Below the pieces are notes generated by a model, which worked only from the letters and a program-made list of their open reading frames with translations, made no database searches and was not told where the DNA came from. Shown here piece after piece: positions 37,301 to 49,390 of a DNA stretch of 64,000 nt (its first letter is position 1; the number at the start of each line of letters is the position of its first letter). Both the position numbers and the translations under genes were made by a program. Source of the DNA: Chiloscyllium plagiosum (Eukaryota). The DNA lies in NCBI RefSeq assembly GCF_004010195.1, contig NC_057751.1:575248-639247 (forward strand), in the 5' to 3' direction.

Positions 37301-40300
37301 GTCCCATTTGTCTGTGTTTAGCCCATAACCCTCTAAGCCTTCTCTATTTATGTACCTGTCCAAATGTCTGTTAAATGTTGTACCACTTCCTCTGGCAGTT
37401 CAATCCACATACAAACCTCTCTCTGTGAAAAGGTTGCCCCTCAGATCTCATTTGAATGGTACTAATGGAAATTCAGATGAGCAACTGTTCCTTATTGATG
37501 TGGTTGTACTGTCCTTTCCACTTATAATACTGAAAATTCACAGTATTCCTCTGCTGTCAAACTACACAATGCCAGAACTGAAAATGGTTGCATCCAAAAC
37601 ACACTCACATCAAGAAACCAATCAAATTTCAAAGTCAGATCTATTTGGATGTTTGGTCCAGTTAGGATAGTGTACAGAGAGCTTTACTCTGTGTCTAACT
37701 TGCTGCTGTCCCAGTCCTGGGAGTGTTTATTGTGGCGGGAGCTTTATTCAGTACGCATACTGGTGCTGTCCCTGCGGAGGGAGTATTTGTGATGGGAACA
37801 GTGTAGAAAGACCTTTTACTCTGTACATAAACCTAGGCTGCCCAGGCTTTGGGAGTATTTGATGGGGACAGTGTGGAAAGATTTTTATGTTTATGCAGAA
37901 TTGTTTTGATGTAAAGCCTTCTCCACACTGCTCCACCACTGAAGTTACAAACATATCATTCCTCCCATTCTGTCTTGAGTGCTTTTACAGCCATTCGATT
38001 GGCTATTTCCATCCAGTTGGGAGGCCTGGTGACCTAGCGAGATCTCAAACTCTAAGTGAACAAATGTAGAGTCTGATTTTTATTCATGGTGCTTACTGGA
38101 GTAGGCCAGGACACTAGAGGAACTCTCCTGAAGTGAAATGTTTCCAGAGGCCAGTATCCTGTCACCAAGTCACTCTATATTTCCACGTGGAGAATTCTTG
38201 ACATTGATTCAACTTCCTCAGAGCTAGCTCTCACAGTTAATAGAACCTCCTGACACTCCTGTTTGCATTTGTTCGCCAGGGCCTCCTGATCGGACCAGAT
38301 TAACAGCCCCAACTGGGCAACTCAGATTGTATGACGTCCATCTGGCTGACCTCATTATAATCACTACATGATGTTTTTCAACTAGCCTGCTTTACCTTGA
38401 TTGGAAGTGTTCAAAGATAGTGTGATACGGGACACTGCCAGTGTACGATGGATGCGCTTATGGTGTGATGTGAAGTCTTCTCTCATCCTCCTCCTCTTTT
38501 CTCTCTCTGGTAGGCTGGTTTTACCGTATGAGCGTTACATGAAAGGAGAAGAGGACAAGCCACTGCCAACCTTCAAGCCTCGGAAACCATACAACGTCAT
38601 GAAGAACAAGGAAGGCAAAGGTCTTAATACTGAACAGAAGGAAAGAAGCAAACGGAAACGACCAAAGGACAACGTGCGGCAGAGCAGTGAGCCGGATAGG
38701 GTAAGCTCATCAGGTTCAGTGACTTCCGGTGATGCAAACCATTTATAACAGAACAGTTCTAGACTGGAGACACAAAACCCAATGAGGCCAGAGTGATGCT
38801 GCAACTACACTACAAAGAGTGCAAGGTTGAGCAATTGGTTTGAAAGGCCTTTAATTTGAATCTGACATGATGACAGAGAAACCACAAATAACTCAAGACT
38901 TGTGAATATTAATAGGATCAGGTATCAGTTGTTTGTCTTCAATGAGATCCTGGCTGCTGTGAATTTCTTGTACTCACCTTTGGCCCAGAGCCTGCAGGAC
39001 AAGGATGCAGAAGTAATGCTGCAGTTTTATAAAACCCTGGTTAGAGCCCACTGAGAGCCATGATCGCACTGAACGGTGGAACAGGTAGGAGAGACTGAAT
39101 GGCCTACTCATGGGTTCCTGTCTCTTCATACCTCAACTTTATTAAAACTTTTCAACTTATGATGGTGCTCCCAACCTCAGCCACACGTTTGGAGGTACAA
39201 GTGTTTGCTCATTTCATACCTGAATGGCTCAAATTCTTAGGGCTGTTCTCCCCTCGTCCGAGATATGTCATTCAGCAAAAAAACGTTTCTTTCCAGCTGC
39301 GTCATCTCTTAGTCCAGACACTCTCACCCTGGATCAAATTCTCCCTTAACCAAAAATCCAGAGAATGTGAAATCTTTCCTAACACAATTTTATCCATATA
39401 GCCTAGGTATCAGGAGGATACAATGCTGCCTGCCCCACAGGAGATTGTTATCAGTACAGATAGGAGACTTTCACTGACAGGAGAGGCCAGGAATTGAGGC
39501 CATAAATATAAACTGGCCACAAATAAATCCAATGGGAAATTATAATGTCCTAACCAAAGAATGTGAAACTGACTGTCACAGGGAGTAGTCAATGAGAATG
39601 GTACAAACACATTTATGGAGAAGTTCAATAAAGAAATAAGGAAGAAAGTAATAGGGTGAGAGATTGTGTGATGGGAGGAATCTCAGTAACAGCAGCCTGT
39701 GCCTGTTCAGTTGAACAGTAAATACTATGTGAGATAAATTAGCCTCTTCCATTTCTTGGGCTACATGGGGTAGTTGTTTTTCTGCTTGACTTGCACCAAC
39801 ACTTTTTTTGAGCTGTTCATCTTTAGCCTTGTGCCTAAAGATTTGATCATTATATCTCCCAAACAGATGGTTCCTCAAGTAGTTTCTGAAGATGTAGGAA
39901 GGGATAAGAAAAAGCATGCATCTGTGGACAAGCAGTCGCCACAAGTGAAAAACACTACAACTGGGAGTGAAGACTCCAACAACCAGCCACTAAACAGACT
40001 CACGCCACATGATAGCTGTGGGCACAAGTCTCCAAATCAAGATGCGAAAAGAGCCAATGAAAAACCCACACAGGATAGGATCTCTGAAGAGCTCTGGGTT
40101 ACCAAGGACTCTTCACCAGAAACGATTTCCAGGGCAGGGATGAGCAATAAGATTGTGGATCATAATGGACACTGCGTCACTGCTGATGTGTCAGAGGAGG
40201 TAGTTCGAGGTCACACTGCCGTTAGTAAAGATGAGAGGACTGGCTCATACCAGGCTCCAGCACTGTCAGCCAGTGAGGACAGCCTTACAGCGCCATTGCC

Positions 40301-41666
40301 ACCTGAAGCAGATAAAAGCCACCTGGCAATCCTGCGCCTCAAGAGAGATCAGGAGATAATGTCACCTTTGGCGAAGAAGAAATTCCTTGCACAAGGAAGT
40401 GAAGGAACATCCCTCAGCTTTAATGCGGTGGGCGTGGCATCATCCTCGGCTGGAGTCAAGCCAGTACAGGGCAGTGAGCCTCCGGTGTCTGGCTCCCCAC
40501 CAGAAGCCAGCATTCACAGACCGTCTGTCATTCATCACATTCAACCCCCAAGGCAGGCCCACCTAGATTACCACTCCGAGTGGTCCTTCAACAATAAACT
40601 GGCCAAATACCAGCTTTACTCCTTAGATCAAATCTCCTCTTCTACTGATGGTCAAGGGCCACAGGAAGAACGGGATCGAAAAGGCAGGGCAGTTGAGCAT
40701 TCCCATCCCCTTCAGTGCTATGGGAATTTTTGTTGCAGCCCATACATGCACAGCCTAGTGAAGCCCTTTCTCCATTACCCCAGCAAAGGGTCTCCTTTTG
40801 GTTGCTGTTCTAATCAGAGAAGCTTCAGAGAGTTGAACAGCACTGCGGTCCCAACGCTGCCAACTGCATCATACAAGACAGCAAGGCACTATGACAGGAC
40901 ACTCGTTCCACATGATCAGCCAACAGACCTCAGCCTCCCACGTGCCAGTACAGCCAACACGTCCCAGACCCAGCTCTCCTGGGTCACAGAGAACAAAAAC
41001 AGCACCTTTCCACTGAGTAAGAGCCCATTCGCTGGCCACACCTCACCGTCCTCTTCTGAAGTCCGTCCCAAAGCCTGCTGGGTCCCACCCATGAGTGTCA
41101 CGCTCCCTCGGCGAGTTCCAGCCAAACGAGCAAAGAGTGCTGTTCTACTGACCAATGCCAAGAGTGGGCCTTCCAACTGTCAACTTGCCCAGCCGACACA
41201 GAGAAGCCAGAAGGAGCTGGATGCAGCTTATGGGAAGAAACTTCGCATTGTCTCTCCTTTACACGTTACCAAGCATCTAGATACCAAGGAGGGCCAGAGG
41301 ATCAATGATAGTAAGGTAATGAGCAACGAGCAGAAGTCCTCATTACCTGAAGTTTCTACTTGGCTGCCAACAGTGACACCTCAGGATCCTACCTTGTATG
41401 ATGGAGCAGGGGCATATTTGCCAGCCAACTATGCACATCACTTGAGTCGTATGAAGAACCCGACCCTGTACTCACCATTTATCCCCAGGCTAACTATAAA
41501 TTCCTTCATGATCCCAGCTATTCAGCAGCATGTGCTGAGTTCCCCTAGCCATCCTCTAGATCTGTACAAACACTTGGCTGTGGGCACGAGCTATGAAAAT
41601 CTTTTCCGTCACAGACTGTACCCATCTCCACCCCTGTCCTCTTTCCATGCAGGCCACAAACTATAG
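28136..41666 (+). CDS. ARID5A: ARID5-family AT-rich interactive domain protein (ARID5A-like), spliced CDS: 28136-28325, 29201-29253, 37071-37168, 38514-38700, 39867-41666
   Basis: Five exons join in frame across GT-AG introns (phases 1,0,2,0), totalling 2328 nt = 775 aa + stop. ARID domain FLVNLYEFMKERGTPIERIPHLGFKQ-VNLLTLYKAVEKLGGYEA-VTTSRLWKNIYDELGGNPGSTSAATCTRRHYER-LVLPYERYMKGEEDKPLP. C-terminal ARID5 motifs IMSPLAKKKFLAQ, PKACWV, GKKLRIVSP, RHRLYP and terminal HKL*. Further 5' exons may exist. The A-versus-B assignment is less certain than the family call. Confidence 0.88.
29201..29253 (+). CDS. ARID5A: ARID5 53-bp coding exon
   Basis: tttttcttccctcag|TTAACC...GAAGCG|gtgagt; (V)NLLTLYKAVEKLGGYEA. 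Confidence 0.93.
29733..29890 (+). mobile_element. Short 5'-truncated tRNA-like SINE with 11-bp TSD
   Basis: TSD actagttgttg at 29722-29732 and 29891-29901; B box GGTTCGATCCC at ~29773. Confidence 0.65.
33028..34070 (+). mobile_element. CR1 LINE 3' ~1 kb (ARID5 intron)
   Basis: FINDLDEGIEGWVSKFADYAK, YCVQFWSPHYRKD and an intact 3' tail ttctacgttctatattctat. Confidence 0.93.
37071..37168 (+). CDS. ARID5A: ARID5 98-bp coding exon
   Basis: gtccttgcag|GTTACA...GAGAG|gtaggt; VTTSRLWKNIYDELGGNPGSTSAATCTRRHYE(R). Confidence 0.95.
37665..37885. repeat. Degenerate ~60-65 bp minisatellite
   Basis: Recurring acagtgtagag..ctttactctgt...tgtccc...gggagt.ttt.atggg. Confidence 0.7.
38129..38368 (-). mobile_element. 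Short solo-LTR-like repeat
   Basis: TGAAGTGA...TCACTACA near-inverted termini; homologue at 25932. Confidence 0.55.
38514..38700 (+). CDS. ARID5A: ARID5 187-bp coding exon
   Basis: Long pyrimidine tract ...ctctggtag|GCTGGTT...GATAGG|gtaagc; LVLPYERYMKGEEDKPLPTFKPRK...EPDR. Confidence 0.93.
39867..41666 (+). CDS. ARID5A: ARID5 large terminal coding exon (599 aa)
   Basis: tatatctcccaaacag|ATGGTT is in frame with ORF 39774-41666; contains ARID5 C-terminal motifs; TAG stop at 41664-41666. Confidence 0.9.
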   Translation: MVPQVVSEDVGRDKKKHASVDKQSPQVKNTTTGSEDSNNQPLNRLTPHDSCGHKSPNQDAKRANEKPTQDRISEELWVTKDSSPETISRAGMSNKIVDHNGHCVTADVSEEVVRGHTAVSKDERTGSYQAPALSASEDSLTAPLPPEADKSHLAILRLKRDQEIMSPLAKKKFLAQGSEGTSLSFNAVGVASSSAGVKPVQGSEPPVSGSPPEASIHRPSVIHHIQPPRQAHLDYHSEWSFNNKLAKYQLYSLDQISSSTDGQGPQEERDRKGRAVEHSHPLQCYGNFCCSPYMHSLVKPFLHYPSKGSPFGCCSNQRSFRELNSTAVPTLPTASYKTARHYDRTLVPHDQPTDLSLPRASTANTSQTQLSWVTENKNSTFPLSKSPFAGHTSPSSSEVRPKACWVPPMSVTLPRRVPAKRAKSAVLLTNAKSGPSNCQLAQPTQRSQKELDAAYGKKLRIVSPLHVTKHLDTKEGQRINDSKVMSNEQKSSLPEVSTWLPTVTPQDPTLYDGAGAYLPANYAHHLSRMKNPTLYSPFIPRLTINSFMIPAIQQHVLSSPSHPLDLYKHLAVGTSYENLFRHRLYPSPPLSSFHAGHKL

Positions 41667-43375
41667 CCACTTGAGCTGTGGTGTGATGATAACTGTCCTC
41701 CACCACCTTCCCAACTGTTGTCATTCCTTCAGCCGAAGAGACACAAGGACTTGTGATGCTAAGCCAGAGCAGAGTTTGTGATGAATGGGGTTAGAGCCAG
41801 GCACATACAGATGGAGACTTTGAAGGGCTGCACTGGAAGCATCTCGTAATCCCCAATGTGACAGCCCATGCGCCATGCACAGTTTCTCGTCTGGCAGGAT
41901 CCCAAAATATTGGTGCTCATCAGAACTTTGTGGAAGTTTTTGAAAATTTTAAAGTGGACCAATTGTGCCACATTTGGTTGGAGGAGAGCTCACTTCAGTG
42001 TTGAAGAAACCTCTCACTTTTGAACTGTGTGAAATTTGGAAGAAGCTGTGCTTTCTTCACACAAAAGGACTGAAGTGATTTTAATTGGTCAACAACTTGA
42101 GAGGTTGAGATCTTTGACCATTGGGTCGACACAATCAGAAAAGGGTCTCCCAAACCAAATTCGACAATTCCTCTGTAAATAATCCTTGCATATATTAAGT
42201 AAAAATGTCTGGAGTCAAACAAAAGTGATGTTTAAGATTTTGATACACTGCGTGAAAGAACCCTACTCTGAAACAATTTACGATTCCCAAATCCCAAGGC
42301 AGACTGTTCACAACACATGAACTTTTGAAGATTTTACACACATATATATATGAAAATGAAAACTTCAAATGATACATCATTTTGTTTGGATGTGAGTAAA
42401 ATAATTCACAATTGGTTAAATGCATGATTGATAGACATATCTAATCTTTATTAATATTTATTCCCTAATCTAACATCATTGGAACAGATATCCTTTCTTT
42501 ATTCTTCAAAGGGATGTGGTATTGACTTTGAACTGAGAAAGGCAGATGAGAGTCAAACTGATTGCTCTGGGTCTGAAGTCACATACAGTTCAGACCAAGA
42601 ACTGCAGCTTTCCTTCCTTAAAGGACATTAATGAATTAGATAGATTTTCAGAACAATCAATGATAGTTCATGGTCATCAGTTGACTGAGACCAGCTTTAT
42701 ATTTCCAAATGTATTCACTGAATGTAAAATCCACCAGCTGGTATGGTGAGATGAGAACTTAAATCCCCAGGCCTTGTCTCTGGTTGACTTGGCCAGTGAA
42801 GTCATCACTACTTTTCCCTTCTCCCCTTCTATTCTTTGGCCATTTATGGTGCCTCCTTTATACAAATTGGCTGTAATTGGTTTCCTATTTCACAAAAATG
42901 ATTGCTTCTTATTTGCTGTTAAGTGATGTCAGACTTTCTCCAAAGTTATTGATTTCTCCCTTCCTTTCTCGATCGGTTTGCTCCCAACCAATTGCACTAG
43001 CGCAGGCAATAGATAAGAAGAGGATGGAATAAATTGCCGGCATGGGAAGAGGGATATACCTGTGTGTATGTGCCAGAATGTGGCTATGTGCTTCACTGCC
43101 CTGAAGGTTGCCTGCTTTTCAAATCTTCACAGTGTGGGCACCACCTGCTGTTTGGCCTGTATGATCGCAAGCAACTTAAATTCTCTCTCATGAGCACATT
43201 TGTGGAAAATTTTTGTTCATCACAAATCCTTCTGACTGTAACATCATTTAGTCGGAAATTGATCTCTGCCTCTGTCTCATGATTTTGAAATTCAGAGGTA
43301 AAAGTTCATTGTATTATAGTTTCTGAATTGGAGCAGGGTCTTCAAGTCCATCTTATTCTCAGACTGTCTCTTGAC

Positions 43376-43381
43376 AATAAA
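43376..43381 (+). terminator. Candidate ARID5 polyadenylation signal
   Basis: AATAAA followed about 20 nt later by GT/T-rich gtattgtttttgtgtgtt; an alternative AATAAA lies at 43028. Confidence 0.45.
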
Positions 43382-46300
43382 ATTATTTGGAACAAGGGTA
43401 TTGTTTTTGTGTGTTCTCAGAAGTGGAGCTGCTGTCTGCTCATTAATGTCCAGTCCAAGTGTGCAGGACTGTTGAGAATACCTCTTGCGTATTCACTGTG
43501 ATTTATACAACTGAGTGCTCCCTCATTCCTTCCCCTGACTTATGTGAGCCATCCACTGAGATGCTCAAGCGACTAAAACACTGAGATGAATTCTCCATTC
43601 CCTCATGTGCATTTGGCAATAATATGAAACGTGGGAAAACATGACAACATTGTAAAATTCACAACCTTGACATCAAAAAAACATTTCCAAATGTCCCCTT
43701 TCGGTTTAAATGCCAAGTTCACAAGTCCCCTGATAAGCAGAGTCGACTTTACTTCTATGTATTGGCAGGTAATTCTTAACCCAATCATTCCCGCCTTGTT
43801 TCAACTCCATTCCCAACTGTCCTGTCTTTTCCTGAGAAGTGAGACCGTCTCATTCCCAACATGAACGTCAGGGTGGCAGTGGCAGCAGCTTGCTGCTTGC
43901 AACTCCTCTTGGTTTAGATAACTACACCACAGCACCCTGCTGCTCTGTGGACACTGTCCTCCTTGACACTTTGGCTATGCAAGTAGGCACCAGCAAACCA
44001 GCAGCCTCACCATGGCTGCCAGCAGACCAGCTCTCACACCTCTTCACTCTGTCAGAACATCATTGTGGGGTTCAGTGGTACTTGTGGCTTGCATATTCTG
44101 CCAGGTCACTGCATACACACAGACAGATGTATGCATTGCATGATTTGTACAGGAAGCAAATTCTCACTCTTCATTTCATGTCTTAGTGCTTACTTTGCCC
44201 TTGGGAGGTTGTTATGCTTTGTGGTTGTCTTTGCTTTTCAGTGCAGCGAGAGATAGAAGCACACAGCTTTTCATGGGTTGGAGCAGTCAAGAGGTTGGAA
44301 AGGTTGCTGTATGTCACTGTGCCATGTCAATATCACACTGACCGATTGTGCCAGCAATTTATGCAGCATGTGCTTCAATCGAATGACCATGAGTGAAATT
44401 CAAAGGGGAATGGTCCTCAGTGGAATGAAAAGGATCTACAGTCATTGAATCATAAAGTCATTCAGCATGGAAACAGACTTTTTGGTCTAACCATTCCATT
44501 CTGACCATAATCACAAACTAAACTAATCACATCTGCCTGTGTTTCGTCCATATCCCTCCAACATTTCTTATTCATGGACTTTTCTAAATGTTTCTTAAAT
44601 GTTATGACTGTACCTGCATCCACCACTTCCTCTGGCAGTTCATTCCACACACCAACCACTGTATAAAAAAAAATTACCTCTCATTTTTTAAAAAAATCTC
44701 CTTCCTCTCACCTTAAAGGTATGCCTCCTTGACTTGAAATCATCCATCCTAGTCAAAAGTCAGAGATGCGGTTTTGGTCAGTCTTGCAGGTCAAGTGCAA
44801 CCAGTCCAAGGATTACAGCTACATCGGTCAGATTGTGGTACAGGCATCATTTTAGGGGATGAGCCAATTTTTCCTGAAATGAGGGAGGGACTCAGTATGA
44901 CAACAATGATGAAGAGTGACACATGAGCAGGAGACGTGACGAAGTGTTCCCAGTGAATGAGTAGGAAAGTGTAGAAGCCAAGAAGGGTCAGTGCATTGGG
45001 TGAGAGCAATGTCTCACTTCTCGGAGTAAATTTCAAATGACACTAAGGTCATTAGAGTTGTGGATAGTGCCGAAGGATGTTGTAAGTTTTGGGGGACATA
45101 GATAAGCTGCAGAGCTGAGCTCAGAGGTAGCAAATGGACTTTAATTAGAGGAAAAGTGTGAGGTGATTCACTTTGGAAGGAGCAACAGGAATACAGAGTA
45201 CTGGGCTAATGGTAAGATTCTTGGTGGTGTAGATGAGCAGAGAGATCTCAGTATCCATTGAATCCCTGAAAGTTGCTCCCCCCCCGGTTGAAAAGGTTGT
45301 CAAGTGTCGTGCATCCTTTCTTAACTAAATTGTTAGCCAGTCCTTCTGTGGGCAGGTAACTCAAGATTCCTGTTCCTCTGAGCTTTCTAGTGTACTGCCA
45401 TTCATTGAGTACTCTTGTTTTGTTAAGTCTTCCAAAGTGCATGGGAGTACTCTCACATTTCCCAGAGTTCATTCCATCTGCCCATCTGACCAAACACATT
45501 GATACCCTCCTGTAACCTGAGACCTTCTTCCTCTGTCAACCACCCAGCCAAACTTTGTGTCATTCATAAACTTGCGTATCATCCCCTCCACATTCTCATC
45601 TATATTATTTAGAAATCCCACAAACAGTAATGGACTTTGCACTAATCCCTGTGGTACATCATCTAGATACTGGTTCCAGTCACACAAACAGCCTTCTACT
45701 ACCACCTTCTGCCTCCTGCCACGAAGCCAAGTTTTGATTCAATGCCAAGATACCCTGGATCGCATATGCTTTTATTTTTGTTTTAATCAGTCTTCCATGT
45801 GGGGCCTTGTCAAAGGCCTCAATGAAATCTACATAAAGTACACCAATTGCACTAACCTCATCGACACACCTGGTCACCTTATCAAAAACATTCAATCAAT
45901 ATTATTCAGCATGACTTCCTCTGATAAATCCATGCGGAGTATCCCTGATCAAATCTTGCCTCTCTAAATGGAGAAGAGATGTTTCCTCCAGAATTTTCTC
46001 CATGTTTCCCTAGCATTGATGTGTGACTCACTTGTGTATTATTTCGACTACCCTTCTTAAAAAGTGGAACCACATTAACCATCCTTCTTATCCTGTGGCC
46101 AGAGAGAAATTAAAATTTTCAGTGAAGGTTCTGTAATTTCTTCTTTCATCTCCCATAGCAGTCTGCGACACAACTCATCCAGACCTGGGCTTTTGCCCAT
46201 TTTTAAACCTGCCAAAATCTGCAATGTCTCCTCACTCCCTCTATCAAACTGCTCAAGAACCTCACAGTCAATCATCTTCTTGAATTGTGGACCGACATGC

Positions 46301-47625
46301 TCCTTCTCTCAAGTGAAGACAAATGTGAAATGCTCATTTAATATCCCGCTTAAGTCTTCTAGGTCCATGCACACCTCGTTCCCATGGTCCCACATGGGCC
46401 CTATTCTTTCCCTGGTATCCTTTGTCCCCATGAGATACTTGTAGAAACTCCTGGGATTCTCCCTAATCTTGCCCACCAGTGTTTTTTTTATGCCCTGTCT
46501 TTATGCTCCTAATTGCTTTCTTAAGAATGCCACTGCAATTTCTATACTCCACTAGGGCCTCCATTGAATTGCTCCTTTGAGCCTATCAAAAGCCTTTCTT
46601 TTCCTTCTTATTGAGTCCTGAATAAACCTCGACATTCAGGGTTCTCTGAGTGTGTTACTGTTGCATTTTCACACGAAAGGGAACATGTTAGACCTGTATT
46701 TTCACCACTGGTATAGATTTACCCACAGGTAGCTACTTTGGCTAGATCTTGCCTTATTTCAATACAATTTGTCTCCCTCTAACCCGAAAAGCAGACCATT
46801 TTTTATTTTTCCTTAACAAATTTACAATTTATTGTGTTGTAGTTGTTATAACAAAAAGCTCCCCCACTACCACTACAAACACCTTCTAAACCCTTTACAT
46901 TACTTTTATCCCATTAATGTTAGGGAAGTTGAAATCCCCTACTGTACACCTCAATGAAATGTTGATGTAGCTGCTTCTCTATTGGCTCCTGACTGTAACA
47001 CACTCCCAATAATGTGACTGCTTCCTTTTTCTTCCTAAGTTGACCCACAAATTCTTATTTGAAGACCCTTCCAAGATACTATCCCCCATTTCTACACTAA
47101 CTGACTCTACATTACCTTCTCTTTCACATCCTCCCTTGTCCTGCCTGAAGATCCTACATCCTAGAATGTTGAGTTGCCAGTCCTGCCCCACCCTCAACCT
47201 CGTCTCTGTGTTGGCAACATCACTATTCCATGTGTCAATCCACACCCTTAACTCAACTGTCTTGCCTATAACAAAGTCAGAAGTCACAAGGTCATAGTCC
47301 ACCAGGTTTATTTGAAATCTCAGGCTTTAACTATGATCTTGGGTTCATGGTGCACTTCATTTAACCCCACCGTACTATCCTTTGATTATAAAATCTTCCT
47401 TGACACCATCACCTTGATAACTTGTTATGGTCTCTCTACCTTTATTAATTTGTACAGTTTTGGGTTACTTGTTACTTTGGTTAGACCCTCATCATGTGAC
47501 TCTTATACATATCATGTTATTCCAGCCATTTGGTCTGTCTCTATCACCATCTTATTATTGATTTTATGTAATTATCTCTCTGCCTCAATTAATCAGATCA
47601 TAGATCAGCCCTTTACTTGCTATTC

Positions 47626-49390
47626 ATAGAACATAGAATGTTACAGCACAGTACAGGCCCTTCGGCCCTTGATGTTGCACCGACCCGTAAAATTAATCTG
47701 ATGTCCATTTAACCTACACCATTTCATTATTATCCATATGTATGCCCAATGCCAATTTAAATGCCCTTAATGTCTGCAAGTCGACTACTGTTGCAGGCAG
47801 GCCATTCCACGCCCCTACTCTCTCTGAGTAAAGGAACTACCCCTAATGTTTGTCCTAAACCTATCACCTGTCAATTTAAAGCTATATCCCCTTGTATTAG
47901 CCATCACCATCCGAGGAAAAAGGCTCTCGATGTCCACCCGATCTAACCCTCTGATTATCCTATTCTTCTCAATTAAGTCACCTCTCAACCTTCTTCTATT
48001 CAATGAAAACAGCCTCAGTTCCCTCAGCCTTTCTCCTTAAGACCTTCCTTCCATACCTAATAAATCTTCCCTGCACCCTTTCCAAAGTTTCCACACTCTT
48101 TTTGTAATATGGTGACCAGAATTGTACACAACACTCCAGGTGTGGCCTTACCAGTGTCTTGTACAGCTGGAGCATAACTTTGTGCCTCCGAAACTCAATC
48201 CCCCTACCAATAAACGCTAAAACACCATATGCCTTCTTAACAACCCTATCAACCTGGGTGGCAACTTTGAGGGATTTATGCACCTGGACACCGAGATCTC
48301 TCTGTTCATCTACACTGTCAAGAATCTTACCATTAGCCCAGTACTCTGCGTTCCTGTTACTTCTTCCAAAATGAACCACCTCACACTTTTCTGCATTAAA
48401 CTCCATTTGCCACTTCTCAGCCCAACTCTGCAACTTATCTATGTCCCTCTTTAACCTGCAACATCTTTCGGCACTATCCACAACTCTGCCTATCTTAGTG
48501 TCGTCTGCAAATTTACTAACCTGTACTTCTATGCCCTCATCGTGATCATTTATAAAAATGGCAAACAGCAGTCGCCCCAAAACAGATCCTTGCAGCACAC
48601 CACTAGTAACTGAACTCCAGGATGAATATTTCCCAACAACCACCACCCTCTGTCTTCTTTCAGCTAGCCAATTTCTGATCCAAACCGCTAAATCACCTTC
48701 AATCCCGAAACTCCGTATTTTGTGCAATAGCCTACTGTGTGGAACCTTGTCAAATGCCTTACTGAAGTCCCTATACACCACATCAACTACTTTACCTTCA
48801 TCCACCAGTTTTGTCACCTTCTTGCTGAACTCAGCAAGGTTTGTGAGGCAAGACCTACCCTTCACAAAACTGTGTTGACAATTCCTCATCAAATTATTCA
48901 TTTCCAGATGATTATAAATCCTATCTCTTATAACCTTTTCCAACACCTTACTGATAACCCAAGTAAGGCTCACTGACCTGCAATTACCAGGATTGTCTTG
49001 ACTCCCCTTCTTAAACAAGGGAACAACACTCCAGTCTTCTGGCACTATTCCTGTTGACAATGATGACATAAAGATCGACACCAAAGTCTCTGCAATCTCC
49101 TCCCTGGCTTTCCAGAGAATCCAAGGATAAATCCCATCCAGACGAGGGGGTCTTACCTATTTTCAGATCTTCAAAAATTGTTAAAACCTCCTCTTTGTCA
49201 ACTGCAATCCCATCTAGCTGAAAATGTGTTGCTGGAAAAGCGCAGCAGGTCAGGCAGCGTCCAAGGAACAGGAGAATCGATGTTTCGGGCATAAGCCCTT
49301 CTTCATGGGCTTTTCCATCAACACATTTTCAGCTCTGATCTCCAGCATCTGCAGTCCTCACTTTTTCCTGCAATCCCATCTAATCTAATT
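47626..49390 (-). mobile_element. Younger 5'-truncated CR1 with 362-aa open RT segment (47996-49084)
   Basis: YRDFSKAFDKVPH, GVLQGSVLG, SKFADDTK, LECCVQFWSP; 3' tail at 47626. Confidence 0.93.
49217..49367. mobile_element. Fold-back PLE family A insertion with 15-bp TSD inside CR1
   Basis: TSD ctgcaatcccatcta at 49202-49216 and 49368-49382. Confidence 0.88.

Noticed and set aside
39774..39866. 5' part of the 630-aa ORF as coding sequence
   Set aside because: TTG start and pyrimidine-rich sequence ending at a phase-compatible acceptor (cag|ATG 39867); this is intron.
47996..49084. Active reverse transcriptase gene
   Set aside because: 5'-truncated CR1 lacking its own endonuclease, interrupted by a PLE and frameshifted at the C-terminus.
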